NCBI GenBank assembly: GCA_965227775.1
Contig: OZ245777.1
Coordinates: forward strand, 672,001 to 736,000
Reading direction: 5' to 3'
DNA from: Phycisphaerales bacterium
GTDB taxonomy: Bacteria > Planctomycetota > Phycisphaerae > Phycisphaerales > UBA1924
Length of the DNA: 64,000 nt
In this document: one piece after another, positions 47,575 to 57,865 of the stretch
How positions within the stretch are numbered: position 1 is the stretch's first letter
How the letters are laid out: the number at the start of each line of letters is the position of its first letter
Translations under genes and position numbers: made by a program
The notes under the pieces: model-generated
What the model was told of the DNA's origin: nothing
Database searches by the model: none
Seen by the model: only the letters and a program-made list of their open reading frames with translations

Positions 47575-48639
47575 CTATTCGGCATGTTCTGGCGCACGCC
47601 CGCGATCGGGCGTGTATGCCGTTGGGCTTTCGGGCAGCGCGTGCGTGGCCGGCTGCTCCTGCGGCTTGCGCCGATCGAAGAGCGCGTTGATGCCATCGCG
47701 AGCTCGACGATCGACCTCGAACAGGTGCAGCCCGAATTCGTGCGAGAGATCCTCGAACACCCGCAATCCGCGCACGCTGTGGCCGTGATGATCGACCTTG
47801 GGCGAGTAGCACGCGATGCCCAGGCGGCCGGGCACAACAGCGAAGATGGCGCCCGAGATGCCGCTCTTGGCTGGTAGCCCGACCGTGTAGGCCCATTGGC
47901 CCGAGTAGTCGTACATGCCGCAGGTCTGCATGACCGTCAGCACGTCGCGCACGTACGCGGCGTCGAGCGCTCGCTCACCCGTGATGGGATTCACGCCGCC
48001 GTTGGCCAGCGTGCCGGCCATCACGGCAAGGTCCTTGCACGTAACCTGGATGGCGCACTGCTGGAAGTAGAGGTCGAGGATCGCGTCGACGTCGCCCTCG
48101 ATCATGCCGAAGTGCAGCATGAGGTAGGCGATGGCGCGGTTGCGGTTGCCATGCGTCCGCTCGCTCGTGAAGACGGGCAGGTCGACGTTCAGCTTGCGAC
48201 CCGCGAAGCAGTTGAAGCTCTCCAGGAGCTGCTTCACGCTCGCCGTCGCGTCCATCTCGCGCAGCAGGCTGGTGACGGCGATCGCGCCGCTATTCACACA
48301 GGGGTTGTGCGGCCGGTTGGCCGCGTCGAGCTTGATGATCGAGTTGAACGCGTCGCCCGTGGGCTCCACACCCACACGGCTGAGCACCATGCTGCGGCCG
48401 TGCAGGCCTAGGGCGTGGCCGTACGTGAACGGCTTTGACGCGGACTGGATCGTGAAGTTGGTGTCACAATCGCCGACGGCGCAGACGTTGCCGTCGGCCG
48501 TCGCCACGGATATGGAAAAGAGCGATGGATCGACGTTGGCCAGCTCGGGTATGTAATCGGCAAGCTCGCCCTCATCGAGACCGGCGTACCGCGCGTGCAG
48601 CTCGGTCAGGGCGTTGGTAATCTTCTGCGCGTCGGACAT
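47575..48639 (-). CDS. glsA: glutaminase A
   Basis: ADYIPELA, QSASKPF, VGVEPTGDAFNS, CGMYDYSG, PAKSG. Confidence 0.95.
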   Translation of the reverse strand: MSDAQKITNALTELHARYAGLDEGELADYIPELANVDPSLFSISVATADGNVCAVGDCDTNFTIQSASKPFTYGHALGLHGRSMVLSRVGVEPTGDAFNSIIKLDAANRPHNPCVNSGAIAVTSLLREMDATASVKQLLESFNCFAGRKLNVDLPVFTSERTHGNRNRAIAYLMLHFGMIEGDVDAILDLYFQQCAIQVTCKDLAVMAGTLANGGVNPITGERALDAAYVRDVLTVMQTCGMYDYSGQWAYTVGLPAKSGISGAIFAVVPGRLGIACYSPKVDHHGHSVRGLRVFEDLSHEFGLHLFEVDRRARDGINALFDRRKPQEQPATHALPESPTAYTPDRGRAPEHAE

Positions 48640-48652
48640 GGGGCATTATGGC

Positions 48653-49195
48653 CTACTGCGTCACGCGATGCAGCCCCGTCGCGCGGATGGTCAGCACGTC
48701 GGGCGTCGGTCGCGCGGCAACCGTACCAACCACCACCACTTCGTCCATCGGCGAGATGCCTTGGCCTGCGAGATCGAACTGCAGCGGATTCCCTTCGGCG
48801 TCGACGAGTTGCACCGTGGCACTGTTGGCCTGCACGTCTTCGGGAGTGGCGCAGCAGTAGTCCCACGGCGTCTTGCAGTGGTCGTCGTCGCTGACGCAGG
48901 CATTCTCCAAGCTCGGGTCAACCATGACGAAAAACGCCGAGTCCTCGCCCATCGCATCCACTCGGCCACCGATGATGCCGCGCACCGCCACGGTGTCACC
49001 CTCGGCCGCCACGTCCTTGACGGCCTTGACGCCCTGCGCGTCGGCGGGCATCGACGCGAGGCGCCACTCAGAACTCACCGGCGCGCTGCTCGTGGACGAG
49101 CCGCCGCCCTCGGTCGACGAAGACTCGCTGCAGGCGGCAACGCCAAGGCAGAGGCCCGCGATGGACGCGAGTGCGATGATTCGGTGCATGGTCAT
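48653..49195 (-). CDS. hypothetical lipoprotein with Cys cluster (last gene of the ABC operon)
   Basis: Lipobox VAAC; ACVSDDDHCKTPWDYCC. Confidence 0.8.
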   Translation of the reverse strand: MTMHRIIALASIAGLCLGVAACSESSSTEGGGSSTSSAPVSSEWRLASMPADAQGVKAVKDVAAEGDTVAVRGIIGGRVDAMGEDSAFFVMVDPSLENACVSDDDHCKTPWDYCCATPEDVQANSATVQLVDAEGNPLQFDLAGQGISPMDEVVVVGTVAARPTPDVLTIRATGLHRVTQ

Positions 49196-49222
49196 ACTGG
49201 AGCTCCTTTGGATTGATGGTAC

Positions 49223-50401
49223 TCAGTGCATCTTGAGGGCTTGTGGGATCGGCAAGCGCAGGCAGCGGATTGCGGGCGGAATGGCGCCCACGAGCCCCAC
49301 CAGCACGCCGCCGGCGATGCCCGCCAGCATGACGGGCGCATCGAGCGTGAGCGCGAACGCGCCCATCGAGAACTTCACGGCTAATCCATCGAGCAGCAGC
49401 AGGCCCAGGACAGCGCCCACGATCGTGCCGATGGCGGCGGCAAACAGCGATTCCTCGCTCAGACTCGTCACGATGGCTGCACGCGTGTAGCCGAAGGACT
49501 GCAGCGTGCCGATCTCGCGCACGCGGTCGGCGAAGCTCGCGTACATCGTGTTCAGCCCGCCGAGCAGGCCTCCCAGGGCGATGAGCGACGCCGTCACGAT
49601 GACCATGATGCGGATCGGCCTGTAGAACGCGGCGATCGACGCGTAGTAGTCGGCCTCGCGCATTGCGGTGATCTCCAGGTCGAGCCGGCTCTTGGCGAAG
49701 ATGTCGACGTCGGAGAATCGCGCCGTGTCGAGGCTGATCACCACCGCCGAGATCGTCGCCTCGCGCTTTGTGGCGATCTGCAGGTCGATGATGGGCATCC
49801 AGATCTCGGCGTCCATCACGGTGTTGGGTGCGCGGAAGCGACCGACGATGGCCCAGTCCCGGTTGTCGAAGCGCAGCGTGTTGCCGACGGCCAGTCGCTC
49901 GTCTGGCAGGCCCAGTCTCGTCGCCGCCAGCGAGCCGACGATGATCTCGTCCTGCCCCGCTCGCGGCTGGCGGCCCTCGATGATCTCGACCTCGCTGTGG
50001 ACCAGGAACGCGACGGGCCGCACGCCGCGGATGACGGCCTGACGGGGCGTCGTATCGCTCGCGTCGGCGTTCACGGGCAGGGCAATATTGATTTCGGGCG
50101 AGGCGTATACCACCCCACCACGTTCGACGAGCCCCGGGATGCTCGCGATGGCCTGCCCCGTGGTCGAGGCATCGATCTGGCTGCGCTCAAGCGCCTCCTC
50201 ACTGCCCGTACTCATGATGATGACGTTCTCGTGCAAGCCCTTGCCCTGGGTAAGCGTGAGCTGCATGCCGCGCACGAAGCCGGCCGCCGACAGCACCAGC
50301 AGCACAACGAGCGTGGCGCCGATAATGCTCGCGAGCATGCGCACACGGCTACGGCCAAGGTTCCGGTAGGCGTATTCGAACGGCAGCTGTCTCAGACGCA
50401 T
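49223..50401 (-). CDS. ABC transporter permease (MacB/FtsX family)
   Basis: TM1, large periplasmic domain, LNTMYASFADRVREIGTLQSFG, three C-terminal TMs. Confidence 0.9.
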   Translation of the reverse strand: MRLRQLPFEYAYRNLGRSRVRMLASIIGATLVVLLVLSAAGFVRGMQLTLTQGKGLHENVIIMSTGSEEALERSQIDASTTGQAIASIPGLVERGGVVYASPEINIALPVNADASDTTPRQAVIRGVRPVAFLVHSEVEIIEGRQPRAGQDEIIVGSLAATRLGLPDERLAVGNTLRFDNRDWAIVGRFRAPNTVMDAEIWMPIIDLQIATKREATISAVVISLDTARFSDVDIFAKSRLDLEITAMREADYYASIAAFYRPIRIMVIVTASLIALGGLLGGLNTMYASFADRVREIGTLQSFGYTRAAIVTSLSEESLFAAAIGTIVGAVLGLLLLDGLAVKFSMGAFALTLDAPVMLAGIAGGVLVGLVGAIPPAIRCLRLPIPQALKMH

Positions 50402-50414
50402 CGGCTTCCCTCTC

Positions 50415-51566
50415 TTACACGGCCCGGAAGCACGAGGCGATCTCGCGGCGCGAAGCCTGCCACGCGGGGACCAAGCCCGCGAGCACGCCCAGTGTGACAC
50501 ACACAACAACACCCGTCGCCAAGAGCTGCCAACTCGCCGTAATGGGGATCGACTGCCCCTCGACCGACAACGCAAAGCTACCGAAGCGCGCGACGAGCAT
50601 CGCGATCGCCGCCCCGAGCGCGCCGCCCAGCAGCGAGATCAGCGCACCCTCAGCCACGATGAGCAGCGCGATGAGCCGGCCGTTGAAGCCCAGCGTTTGC
50701 AGGACGGCGTGCTCGGCGATGCGGCTCTGCACGCTGAGCACGATGGCGTTGCCCACGAGCGCCAGCACCGCGATAAGCGCCCCGATGCCCAGCCAGTTCG
50801 CAAAGCCCACCAACTCGATGATGTCGTCGGCGATGCGTGCGACGAATGCCCTCTCGCCAAACGTCTGCGTGGGGTCCTGCGCCCGGCGGAACTCGTCGTC
50901 GATGGCCTCGGCCACCGGATCGAGCAGGCTCGCGTCTTCGACCCGCACGTTGAACTGTGTGACGATGCCAAGCTGATCTCGCCCGGCCAGCTGCACGAAC
51001 TCGAGTGCCGTGTAGGCCACGTTATGGTCCTGCGGGTCCTCCGAGCGGATCACACCGGCGACGTACGCGGTGATGCCCGCGGCATCGAAGGTCTGCCCGG
51101 CCTTCAGCCCGCGACGGGTCGCCAGCGTCTCGCCGAGCAGGGCCGCATCGGTGCGGCGCTTCCAGTCCTCGAGGCTGCCTTCGATGACGGTGAAACGCTT
51201 GCCGTTGTTCTCGATGAACTCGTCCTTGGGCACGCCGCGAAACGTCACCACGTCCAGGCTCGTGCGGCAGTTGCTCACGACGACCTTCATCGGGATCGCG
51301 CTCACGACGCCGGGCACCTGCTCGATGCGGCGCTGGTAGTCCTGCGGCAGCTGGCTCGTGACCGGGCAGAAGCGGTCCTTTCGGTACACGACGAGCGTGG
51401 TGTCGTTGGCCGTCGCGGTCGTCGCCGCCTCGACGCCGGTACGCATCGCTTGCACGGCCGTGAACAGGAACATCGCGATCGCGATGCCCATGAGCGTGAG
51501 GCCCGATCGCACGCGATGGCGCCACGCCTGCTTGGCGACGTAGGGAATGAACTTGATGGGGTTCAT
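50415..51566 (-). CDS. ABC transporter permease (MacB/FtsX family)
   Basis: RSGLT..GIAIA TM1, SVQSRIAEHAVLQTLGF, PAWQASR; periplasmic RFCP and SNCR. Confidence 0.9.
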   Translation of the reverse strand: MNPIKFIPYVAKQAWRHRVRSGLTLMGIAIAMFLFTAVQAMRTGVEAATTATANDTTLVVYRKDRFCPVTSQLPQDYQRRIEQVPGVVSAIPMKVVVSNCRTSLDVVTFRGVPKDEFIENNGKRFTVIEGSLEDWKRRTDAALLGETLATRRGLKAGQTFDAAGITAYVAGVIRSEDPQDHNVAYTALEFVQLAGRDQLGIVTQFNVRVEDASLLDPVAEAIDDEFRRAQDPTQTFGERAFVARIADDIIELVGFANWLGIGALIAVLALVGNAIVLSVQSRIAEHAVLQTLGFNGRLIALLIVAEGALISLLGGALGAAIAMLVARFGSFALSVEGQSIPITASWQLLATGVVVCVTLGVLAGLVPAWQASRREIASCFRAV

Positions 51567-52261
51567 GCCATCACCTTCTCGGGGATGCGATCGTGCGCCA
51601 GTTTGCCCTTGTCAAGGTGCAGCGTGCGCGTGGCGTAGTCGGTGGTGCCCGGGTCGTGCGTGACCATCACGATGGTCTTGCCCTGCTCCTGATTCAAACG
51701 GCTAAGCAGCTCCATGATGGCCTTGGCCGAAGGCTTATCGAGATCACCCGTGGGCTCGTCGGCGACGAGGATGGTCGGGTTGGTCACGATCGCTCGGGCG
51801 ATGGCGACACGCTGCTCCTGACCGCCCGAGAGCTGCCTCGGGAAGTGGTCGCTGCGATCGGAGATGCCCACGGCCTCGAGCGCCTGGCGGACGCGATCGC
51901 GCCGCTCGGTCCGTGAGAGCCTGTGCAGCAGCAGCGGCAGCTCGACATTCTCGAATGCCGTCAGCACCGGCACGAGGTTGTACAGCTGGAACACGTATCC
52001 CACGTTCTCGCTGCGCCAGGCCGCCAACCTGGCGCGCGAGAGCTCGGCGATGTTCACACCGTCGATCACCAGCCTGCCGCGCGTGGGCTTGTCGATGCCC
52101 GCAATCAGGTTGAGCAGCGTTGTCTTACCGCTGCCACTAGGCCCCATGAGCGCGACGAACTCGCCGGCTGGCACGTCCAGGTCCAGCGCATCGAGCGGGC
52201 GGATGATCTCGTCGCCCTTCTTGAACTCTCGCGTGAGTTGTTCACACTTGATGAGCGTCAT
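51563..52261 (-). CDS. ABC transporter ATP-binding protein (LolD/MacB-like)
   Basis: GPSGSGKT, LSGGQEQRVAIARA, ADEPTG, VTH. Confidence 0.95.
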   Translation of the reverse strand: MTLIKCEQLTREFKKGDEIIRPLDALDLDVPAGEFVALMGPSGSGKTTLLNLIAGIDKPTRGRLVIDGVNIAELSRARLAAWRSENVGYVFQLYNLVPVLTAFENVELPLLLHRLSRTERRDRVRQALEAVGISDRSDHFPRQLSGGQEQRVAIARAIVTNPTILVADEPTGDLDKPSAKAIMELLSRLNQEQGKTIVMVTHDPGTTDYATRTLHLDKGKLAHDRIPEKVMA

Positions 52262-53772
52262 GGGGTGCCGTCCTTGCTAGCCGTCGAGATGCGCACGCGT
52301 GCGCCGTCATCGAGCGTGGTTGTGCCGATCGCCAGCAGATCGCCCGAACGCAGGTCCCCTCGCACGCGCGACCACTCGCCCAGGTCTTCGAGCACCTCGA
52401 CACCCTTTGCATACGCCCGACCACGGTCGCCGCGGCGATCGCGCACGACCCAGACTCGCCCGCCGTCGATCGACTCGCTCGGCACGAGCATTGCGGTCTC
52501 GCCCAATCCTGGAGCCTCGGCACCACCCCCACCGCGCGCCAAGAACTTGACACGCGTCAGCATCTCAGGTCGTAAGAGTGGCGACGGCTCGATGACGCGG
52601 ACCTTGGCCTGCAGCGTGTTCTTCTGTAGGTCGGCTTCATACGTGATGCGGTCGACCACGCCCTCGAAGGTCTGATCGGGCAGCACCTCGACGATGATCT
52701 CGCAGCGTTGGCCCACGAACATGTGCCGCGCGTCGGCGAGTGGCACGTCGACGCGGACCTGCAGCTTCGCCGGGTCGTACAAGTGCACGACGTGGGCCGA
52801 ATGCGGATCGTCCATGCCGAGCATGACCTTGTCGCCGGGTACTTTCAGTCGACGCTGGACGGCACCTGCGATGGGCGCGGTGATCGTTAGGCGGTCGACG
52901 CGGAGCTGCGCTTCGTCGAGACGCGCCTGCGCCATCTGTACGGCGGCCTCGGCCCGAAGGACGCTTGCACGCGCCAAATCGAGGTTCTGCGTCTCCATGA
53001 CACGCAGCTCGGCGTTTCGCTCGGCAGCGATCGCCTCGGCCTGCAGACGATCACGCTGCGCTTCCAGGATTGCCTGCCGCTGCCGCGTTGCCTCCAGCAT
53101 TGCCTGCTGCCCGGCCACGCGCTGCGTGAGCACGATAACCTCCAATTCGTTGGCCGCCCCGCCACGCTCGGCCCGGCTCGCTCGATCGAGCTCGGCTTCG
53201 ATCTGCTCGAGCATCGCGCGCTCGGCCTCGATGAGTGCGGGAAGCTGCGCGAGCTGGGCTTGGGTCTCGGCGAGCTGCGCTCTGGTCGCCGCCACGGCCC
53301 GCTCGCGATCGACGGGGTTGGCCCAGTCCGTCTCGGCGGCGCGCAGGTTCGCACGGGCGACGGCAAGCTCTGCTTGTGCACCCGCGAGATCCGCCCGCGC
53401 CGCGGCCAGCGCGATCTGCGCATCGTCCGGCACGAGGCGAGCCAGGGGCTGGCCTTGCTCAACGGTCTGCCCCTCGAGCACGAGCACTTCGGCGACCACG
53501 CCATCGGTGAGCGCTGAGGCGGCGGTGATGTAGGGCGCCGCCTCGAGCCAGCCGGGCGCCTGGATGGCCTGGCCCGCAGGCTGGCGTTCGCCCCGCTCGG
53601 GCTGCGGCTCTGCGGCCGATGCCTCGAACACGACGGGCGCGACGCGCACCGGTGTGGCCGGGGTGAAGCTGTCACCGGCTGTCCAGAAAACGATGCCGGC
53701 GAGCACGATGGCGACGCCAGCGGCGACGGCCGTCGAGGGCGGGATACGCCCGAATACGGACTTCGATTGCAT
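52258..53772 (-). CDS. efflux membrane-fusion (periplasmic adaptor) protein
   Basis: N-terminal TM, GVVAEVLVLEGQ.V..GQPL lipoyl half, long coiled coil, ITAPIAG.V. Confidence 0.9.
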   Translation of the reverse strand: MQSKSVFGRIPPSTAVAAGVAIVLAGIVFWTAGDSFTPATPVRVAPVVFEASAAEPQPERGERQPAGQAIQAPGWLEAAPYITAASALTDGVVAEVLVLEGQTVEQGQPLARLVPDDAQIALAAARADLAGAQAELAVARANLRAAETDWANPVDRERAVAATRAQLAETQAQLAQLPALIEAERAMLEQIEAELDRASRAERGGAANELEVIVLTQRVAGQQAMLEATRQRQAILEAQRDRLQAEAIAAERNAELRVMETQNLDLARASVLRAEAAVQMAQARLDEAQLRVDRLTITAPIAGAVQRRLKVPGDKVMLGMDDPHSAHVVHLYDPAKLQVRVDVPLADARHMFVGQRCEIIVEVLPDQTFEGVVDRITYEADLQKNTLQAKVRVIEPSPLLRPEMLTRVKFLARGGGGAEAPGLGETAMLVPSESIDGGRVWVVRDRRGDRGRAYAKGVEVLEDLGEWSRVRGDLRSGDLLAIGTTTLDDGARVRISTASKDGTP

Positions 53773-53853
53773 GGCGGACTCTCCGCGGTTGAACGATGCG
53801 CATGGACGATCGCGCGACCACCATCAATGGGCGCGCAACGCGGGTGCGGACGT

Positions 53854-54237
53854 TCAGCGTTGCGGAGGACGCAGCAGCGAGAAGTGGGGTTCGATCGCGT
53901 GGCTCTCTGGTTCGAGCGCGGTGAACGCGTCGGGCTGCGGATCGGGCAGATCGAGGGGGGATGCGGGCCGGCTCATCTGCACGGGCTGGCCCATGACCGA
54001 GCACGACACGCAGGATTCGCAATCGCTCGGGCACTCGCCCGGCAAATCGGTGTCGTGCGAGTCTTGATCGACGGGACCGTCCGACTGGCAGCACGAATCG
54101 GTCGGCTCTGCTTCGACCTGTGCAGCAGCATCGGTGCAGCAGCAATCGCCGCTGGCAGCCCACGACGACGCCGGCCCGGCCAGCACGATTGCCAGGGACA
54201 CAAACAGCGCGATGAGACGGACGGGCGTCACCACCAT
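53854..54237 (-). CDS. Cys-rich exported leader protein with C-terminal RPP (DUF2946/CruR-like architecture)
   Basis: Hydrophobic N-terminus, CCC, CC, C..DC..C..C, Pro-rich spacer, FSLLRPPQR*; start at ATG 54237 or GTG 54231. Confidence 0.7.
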   Translation of the reverse strand: MVVTPVRLIALFVSLAIVLAGPASSWAASGDCCCTDAAAQVEAEPTDSCCQSDGPVDQDSHDTDLPGECPSDCESCVSCSVMGQPVQMSRPASPLDLPDPQPDAFTALEPESHAIEPHFSLLRPPQR

Positions 54238-54272
54238 GAGTATACATGAAGAACCGGACAATGTTCCCGTTT

Positions 54273-54965
54273 TCACAAGATCGATGTCGACGCGGCGGCT
54301 TCTCGATGACGAGCAACCATTCCCAAGAAATTACCCAGCATGGCATGCCCATCGGGCGTCAGATAACTCTCGGGGTGGAACTGCACGCCCTCCATCGGCG
54401 CCCTGCCGGCATCGGCCCAGATTCGACGGAGGCCCATGATGACGCGTCGTTGCCCGCCATCTTCGGTCCGCTCGTCGGTCCACGCGCTGATCGCCCAGCC
54501 GTCGTTGCCGTTTGCTGAGACTTCGATCTCGTGATCTTGCACCACCAGCGAGTGGTACCGCGCCGCGTCGAACGGGCTAGGCACGCCCACGAACACGCCC
54601 GAGCCGTCGTGGTGCACCGGGCTGGTCCGGCCGTGCACGGGCACGGCGTGGCGCTCCACGGTCATGCCCGCCATCTGCGCCATCACCTGGCAGCCCAGGC
54701 ACACGCCAAGCACGGGCACGACGCCCGCGAAACGCTCGATGACCGCCGCCGACACGCCCGCCTCGGCCGGCGTGCACGGGCCGGGGCTGACGACCACGCC
54801 CGTGGGATTGAGCGCGGCCGCGTCTTCTACCGAGATCTCATCGTTGCGCGCGACCACCAGCCCAACGCCCGGCTCCAGGCTCTCGCCGCGCGCGTGAGCA
54901 ACCTCGCCCAGGCGCTGGACGAGGTTCCACGTGAACGAGTCGTAGTTGTCGATGAGGAGGATCAA
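54273..54965 (-). CDS. trpG: anthranilate/aminodeoxychorismate synthase component II (glutamine amidotransferase)
   Basis: ILLIDNYDSFT.NL, SPGPCTP, GVCLG, RYHSL, GVQFHPES; trpG versus pabA not separable. Confidence 0.9.
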   Translation of the reverse strand: MILLIDNYDSFTWNLVQRLGEVAHARGESLEPGVGLVVARNDEISVEDAAALNPTGVVVSPGPCTPAEAGVSAAVIERFAGVVPVLGVCLGCQVMAQMAGMTVERHAVPVHGRTSPVHHDGSGVFVGVPSPFDAARYHSLVVQDHEIEVSANGNDGWAISAWTDERTEDGGQRRVIMGLRRIWADAGRAPMEGVQFHPESYLTPDGHAMLGNFLGMVARHREAAASTSIL

Positions 54966-55000
54966 GGCCCAAGGGTAGTGGGCCCGCGGCTGCAGCCGAT

Positions 55001-55799
55001 CTACGCCGCCTTCGACTCGCCCGTCCCCGCGACGCCGTCACGCGTCACGTAGAATAGCTGATCGGTGATCGGGTACGGCAGCCGCTCGTAGTCCTGGCGC
55101 ACGCGGTCCTGGATGCGCTGCACGAACTCGGCCGGTTCGCGCGAGAGGGCCACGAACATGTCGCGGGCTGGGATGGCCACCAGGAAGTCGCCGCCCAGCG
55201 ACGGGGCCAGGCGGTGGTAGAGCTTACCCAGAAGCAGTCGCGCGGCGTCGTATCCGTCCTGTTCGGCAAGAATCGCGGCCATGCCGCCCTCGCGGCTCTC
55301 CACGAGTTGCACGTCCATCTCGGGCGCGTACAGGTCGAGGTTGTCGCGGGCGATGTCTTCCAGTTCCTCGATGTCCACGCCCCACTGCACGAGCTGCTCG
55401 GTGGTAATGCTCACGGTCATCTGCGGCAGGTCGAGCACGTAGACCACGACAGCACCATTGACGAACGGCGTGTGAGCCACCAGCCGGCGGCTGAGGCTCT
55501 CGAAGATGCTGTCGGGCTGGATGCGCGGCATGATCCGCGGCTTGGCGATGTCGAAGCTCATCGCGTTGACGTACATCAGGTCGCCCGCGAAGAGCTGCTC
55601 GAGGTAGTGCTCGACGATCTCTACGCCCCGCTGGGGGTCGTGGCTGACGATGCGAAAGAGGTTGATCAGGTCGAGCCGGCGGCCGGCGATGACCAGCTCG
55701 TCCTCGCGGATCGAGTCGATCGTCAGCTCGGGCTGGAGGCGGCGCAGGATCTGTGCCACTTCCTGGCTGAACTCGGTCGGATTGTCTGGCATCATCGTC
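55001..55799 (-). CDS. DUF1444-like protein
   Basis: IMPRIQP, YVLD, A..NL, DGYDAARLL, VAIPARD; start uncertain. Confidence 0.7.
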
Positions 55800-56236
55800 A
55801 TTCCCCCCGCATCCCTCGCTGGAACAGCCATTGGATGGGACAAGATCAGCGCCACCGACACCGACCGGCGACCAGAGGGAGGAATCGGGTGGCCAGCGCC
55901 GCGACAGAAGCCACAGGCCCTCGATCGGCCGGCCCCGCCCAACGCCCGGCCCCCCGGGCGGCGCAACCCCTACAGCCCGATGCCCGAGAACCGGCCGGGC
56001 TCCGAGGGGGAATGCCGAAGGCGGACGGGAAGCCGCCCGATGGCCCGGTCGGCCCCGACCGGGCCCCGATTGCCCCGGGGGGCCGCCTGCGGGTAGAATC
56101 GCGCCACCCGAACGGTTCTCGGCCTTCCGCCCATGGCGGTTGACTTGGGGCGGCGGGTGGTCAGACTTCCCCTCGCCCGTCGCGTTGGGGTGCCGCAAGG
56201 GGAGCGTTCGACTCCCCGGGGACTGGAGGCTTACAG

Positions 56237-56485
56237 GTGACCGAAGCTGAAATCGAGTCGAAGGTGATCGACATCGTCGCCGAGCAGATGCACGCCGAGA
56301 AGGAAAAGATCAGCCGCGACACGAGCTTCGTGGAGGATCTGAACGCCGACAGCCTCGACACCGTCGAGCTGGTCATGGAGTTCGAGGACGAGTTCGAAAC
56401 GTCCATTCCGGACGAGCAGGCCGAGCAGATCAAGACGGTCGGCCAGGCCATCGACTTCATCAAGCAGGCCCACGGCATCGAGTAG
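56237..56485 (+). CDS. acpP: acyl carrier protein
   Basis: [24 protein letters not shown]. Confidence 0.96.
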   Translation: MTEAEIESKVIDIVAEQMHAEKEKISRDTSFVEDLNADSLDTVELVMEFEDEFETSIPDEQAEQIKTVGQAIDFIKQAHGIE

Positions 56486-56486
56486 A

Positions 56487-56513
56487 CCGCTCGGCGGCTG
56501 AAGCCGCCGGCGG
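56487..56513 (+). other. intercistronic stem-loop between acpP and fabF
   Basis: CCGC-T-CGGCGGC-TGAA-GCCGCCG-GCGG; no U tract. Confidence 0.5.
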
Positions 56514-56522
56514 CTCCACGCC

Positions 56523-57806
56523 ATGGGAAGCCAAGCCACGAACCAGCACAAGGTCGTCATCACCGGCGTCGGGGCCATCACTTGCATGGGCTCCGATCCG
56601 CAGTCGGCATGGAATGCCATGCGCGACGGCGTCTCGGGCATCACCCCGCTCGAAGGCGAGGAATTCTCGCGCTTCGACGGCCAGTGGAGCGCCCACGTTG
56701 CTGGACAGGTGAAAGACTGGAACCCCGCGGACCACATCGATCCGCGCGAGGCCAAGCGGCTCGACCGCTCGGCCCAGTTCGGCATGGCCGCGGTGAGCCA
56801 GGCCGTGAAGATGTCGGGCATCGACTTCTCTGCCATGGAGCCAGAGCGGGCCGGCGTGGCGTTCGGTACGGGCGTGGGTGGCATCTCGACCATCGAGGAC
56901 GGCCACTCCATCCTGCTCGATCGCGGGCCCAAGCGGCTCGGCCCGCTGACGGTGCCGAAGCTGATGGTGAACGCCACGGCGGGCAACGTCTCGATCACCT
57001 ACGGCCTGCGCGGCCCGGCGACGGCGATGGCCACCGCCTGCGCCAGCTCGGGCAACGCCATCGGTGAGGCCCTCGAGACCATGCGGCGCGGCCGCACCGA
57101 CGTAATGATCTCCGGCGGCACCGAGGCCGCGATCACGCCGCTGTGCGTCGGCGCGTTCCAGGCCATGAAGGCCCTGAGCGGAAACAAGCAGCCCGTCGAA
57201 GCGAGCCGGCCCTTCGACGCCGACCGCGACGGCTTCGTGCTGGCCGAGGGCGCAGCGGCGTTCGTGCTGGAGACCGAGGCCTTCGCCAAGGCCCGCGGCG
57301 CAACCATCCTGGCCGAGCTGGTCGGCTGGGCCGCAAGCGCCGACGCCTACCACATCACCGCGCCCGACGAGGCCGGCCGCGGCGCACGCCAGGCCATGAC
57401 GTGGGCGCTGGAAGACGCCGGCCTGAAGCCCCAGGACATCGGCTACATCAACGCCCACGGCACCAGCACGCCGCTCGGCGACAGCGCCGAGGTCGCCGCC
57501 GTGCTCGACGTCTTCGGCGATCACGCCCGCAAGAGCAAGGGCGGCACGCTGCTCATGAGCTCAACCAAGAGTGTGCACGGACACGCCCTCGGCGCTTCGG
57601 GCGCAGTCGAGCTCATCGGCTGCATCCACGCGCTCCGCGAGGGCCTGGTGCCCCCCACCATCAACCTGCACAAGCCCGAAGAGCACTTCGACATCGACCT
57701 GGTGCCCAACGAGGTCCGCCAGACGCCCATCCGCTACGCGATGAACAACACCTTCGGCTTCGGCGGCCACAACGTGAGCCTCATCGTCGGCCGCTACGAC
57801 GGCTGA
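56523..57806 (+). CDS. fabF: 3-oxoacyl-ACP synthase II
   Basis: TACAS (Cys), NAHGTST, STKS.HGH, FGFGG.N. Confidence 0.95.
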   Translation: MGSQATNQHKVVITGVGAITCMGSDPQSAWNAMRDGVSGITPLEGEEFSRFDGQWSAHVAGQVKDWNPADHIDPREAKRLDRSAQFGMAAVSQAVKMSGIDFSAMEPERAGVAFGTGVGGISTIEDGHSILLDRGPKRLGPLTVPKLMVNATAGNVSITYGLRGPATAMATACASSGNAIGEALETMRRGRTDVMISGGTEAAITPLCVGAFQAMKALSGNKQPVEASRPFDADRDGFVLAEGAAAFVLETEAFAKARGATILAELVGWAASADAYHITAPDEAGRGARQAMTWALEDAGLKPQDIGYINAHGTSTPLGDSAEVAAVLDVFGDHARKSKGGTLLMSSTKSVHGHALGASGAVELIGCIHALREGLVPPTINLHKPEEHFDIDLVPNEVRQTPIRYAMNNTFGFGGHNVSLIVGRYDG

Positions 57807-57865
57807 CCCGCACACCCCAATCTCCACGCTCAAGTCGGCCGCTCCGGCGGGCCGATGCCCTGTGC

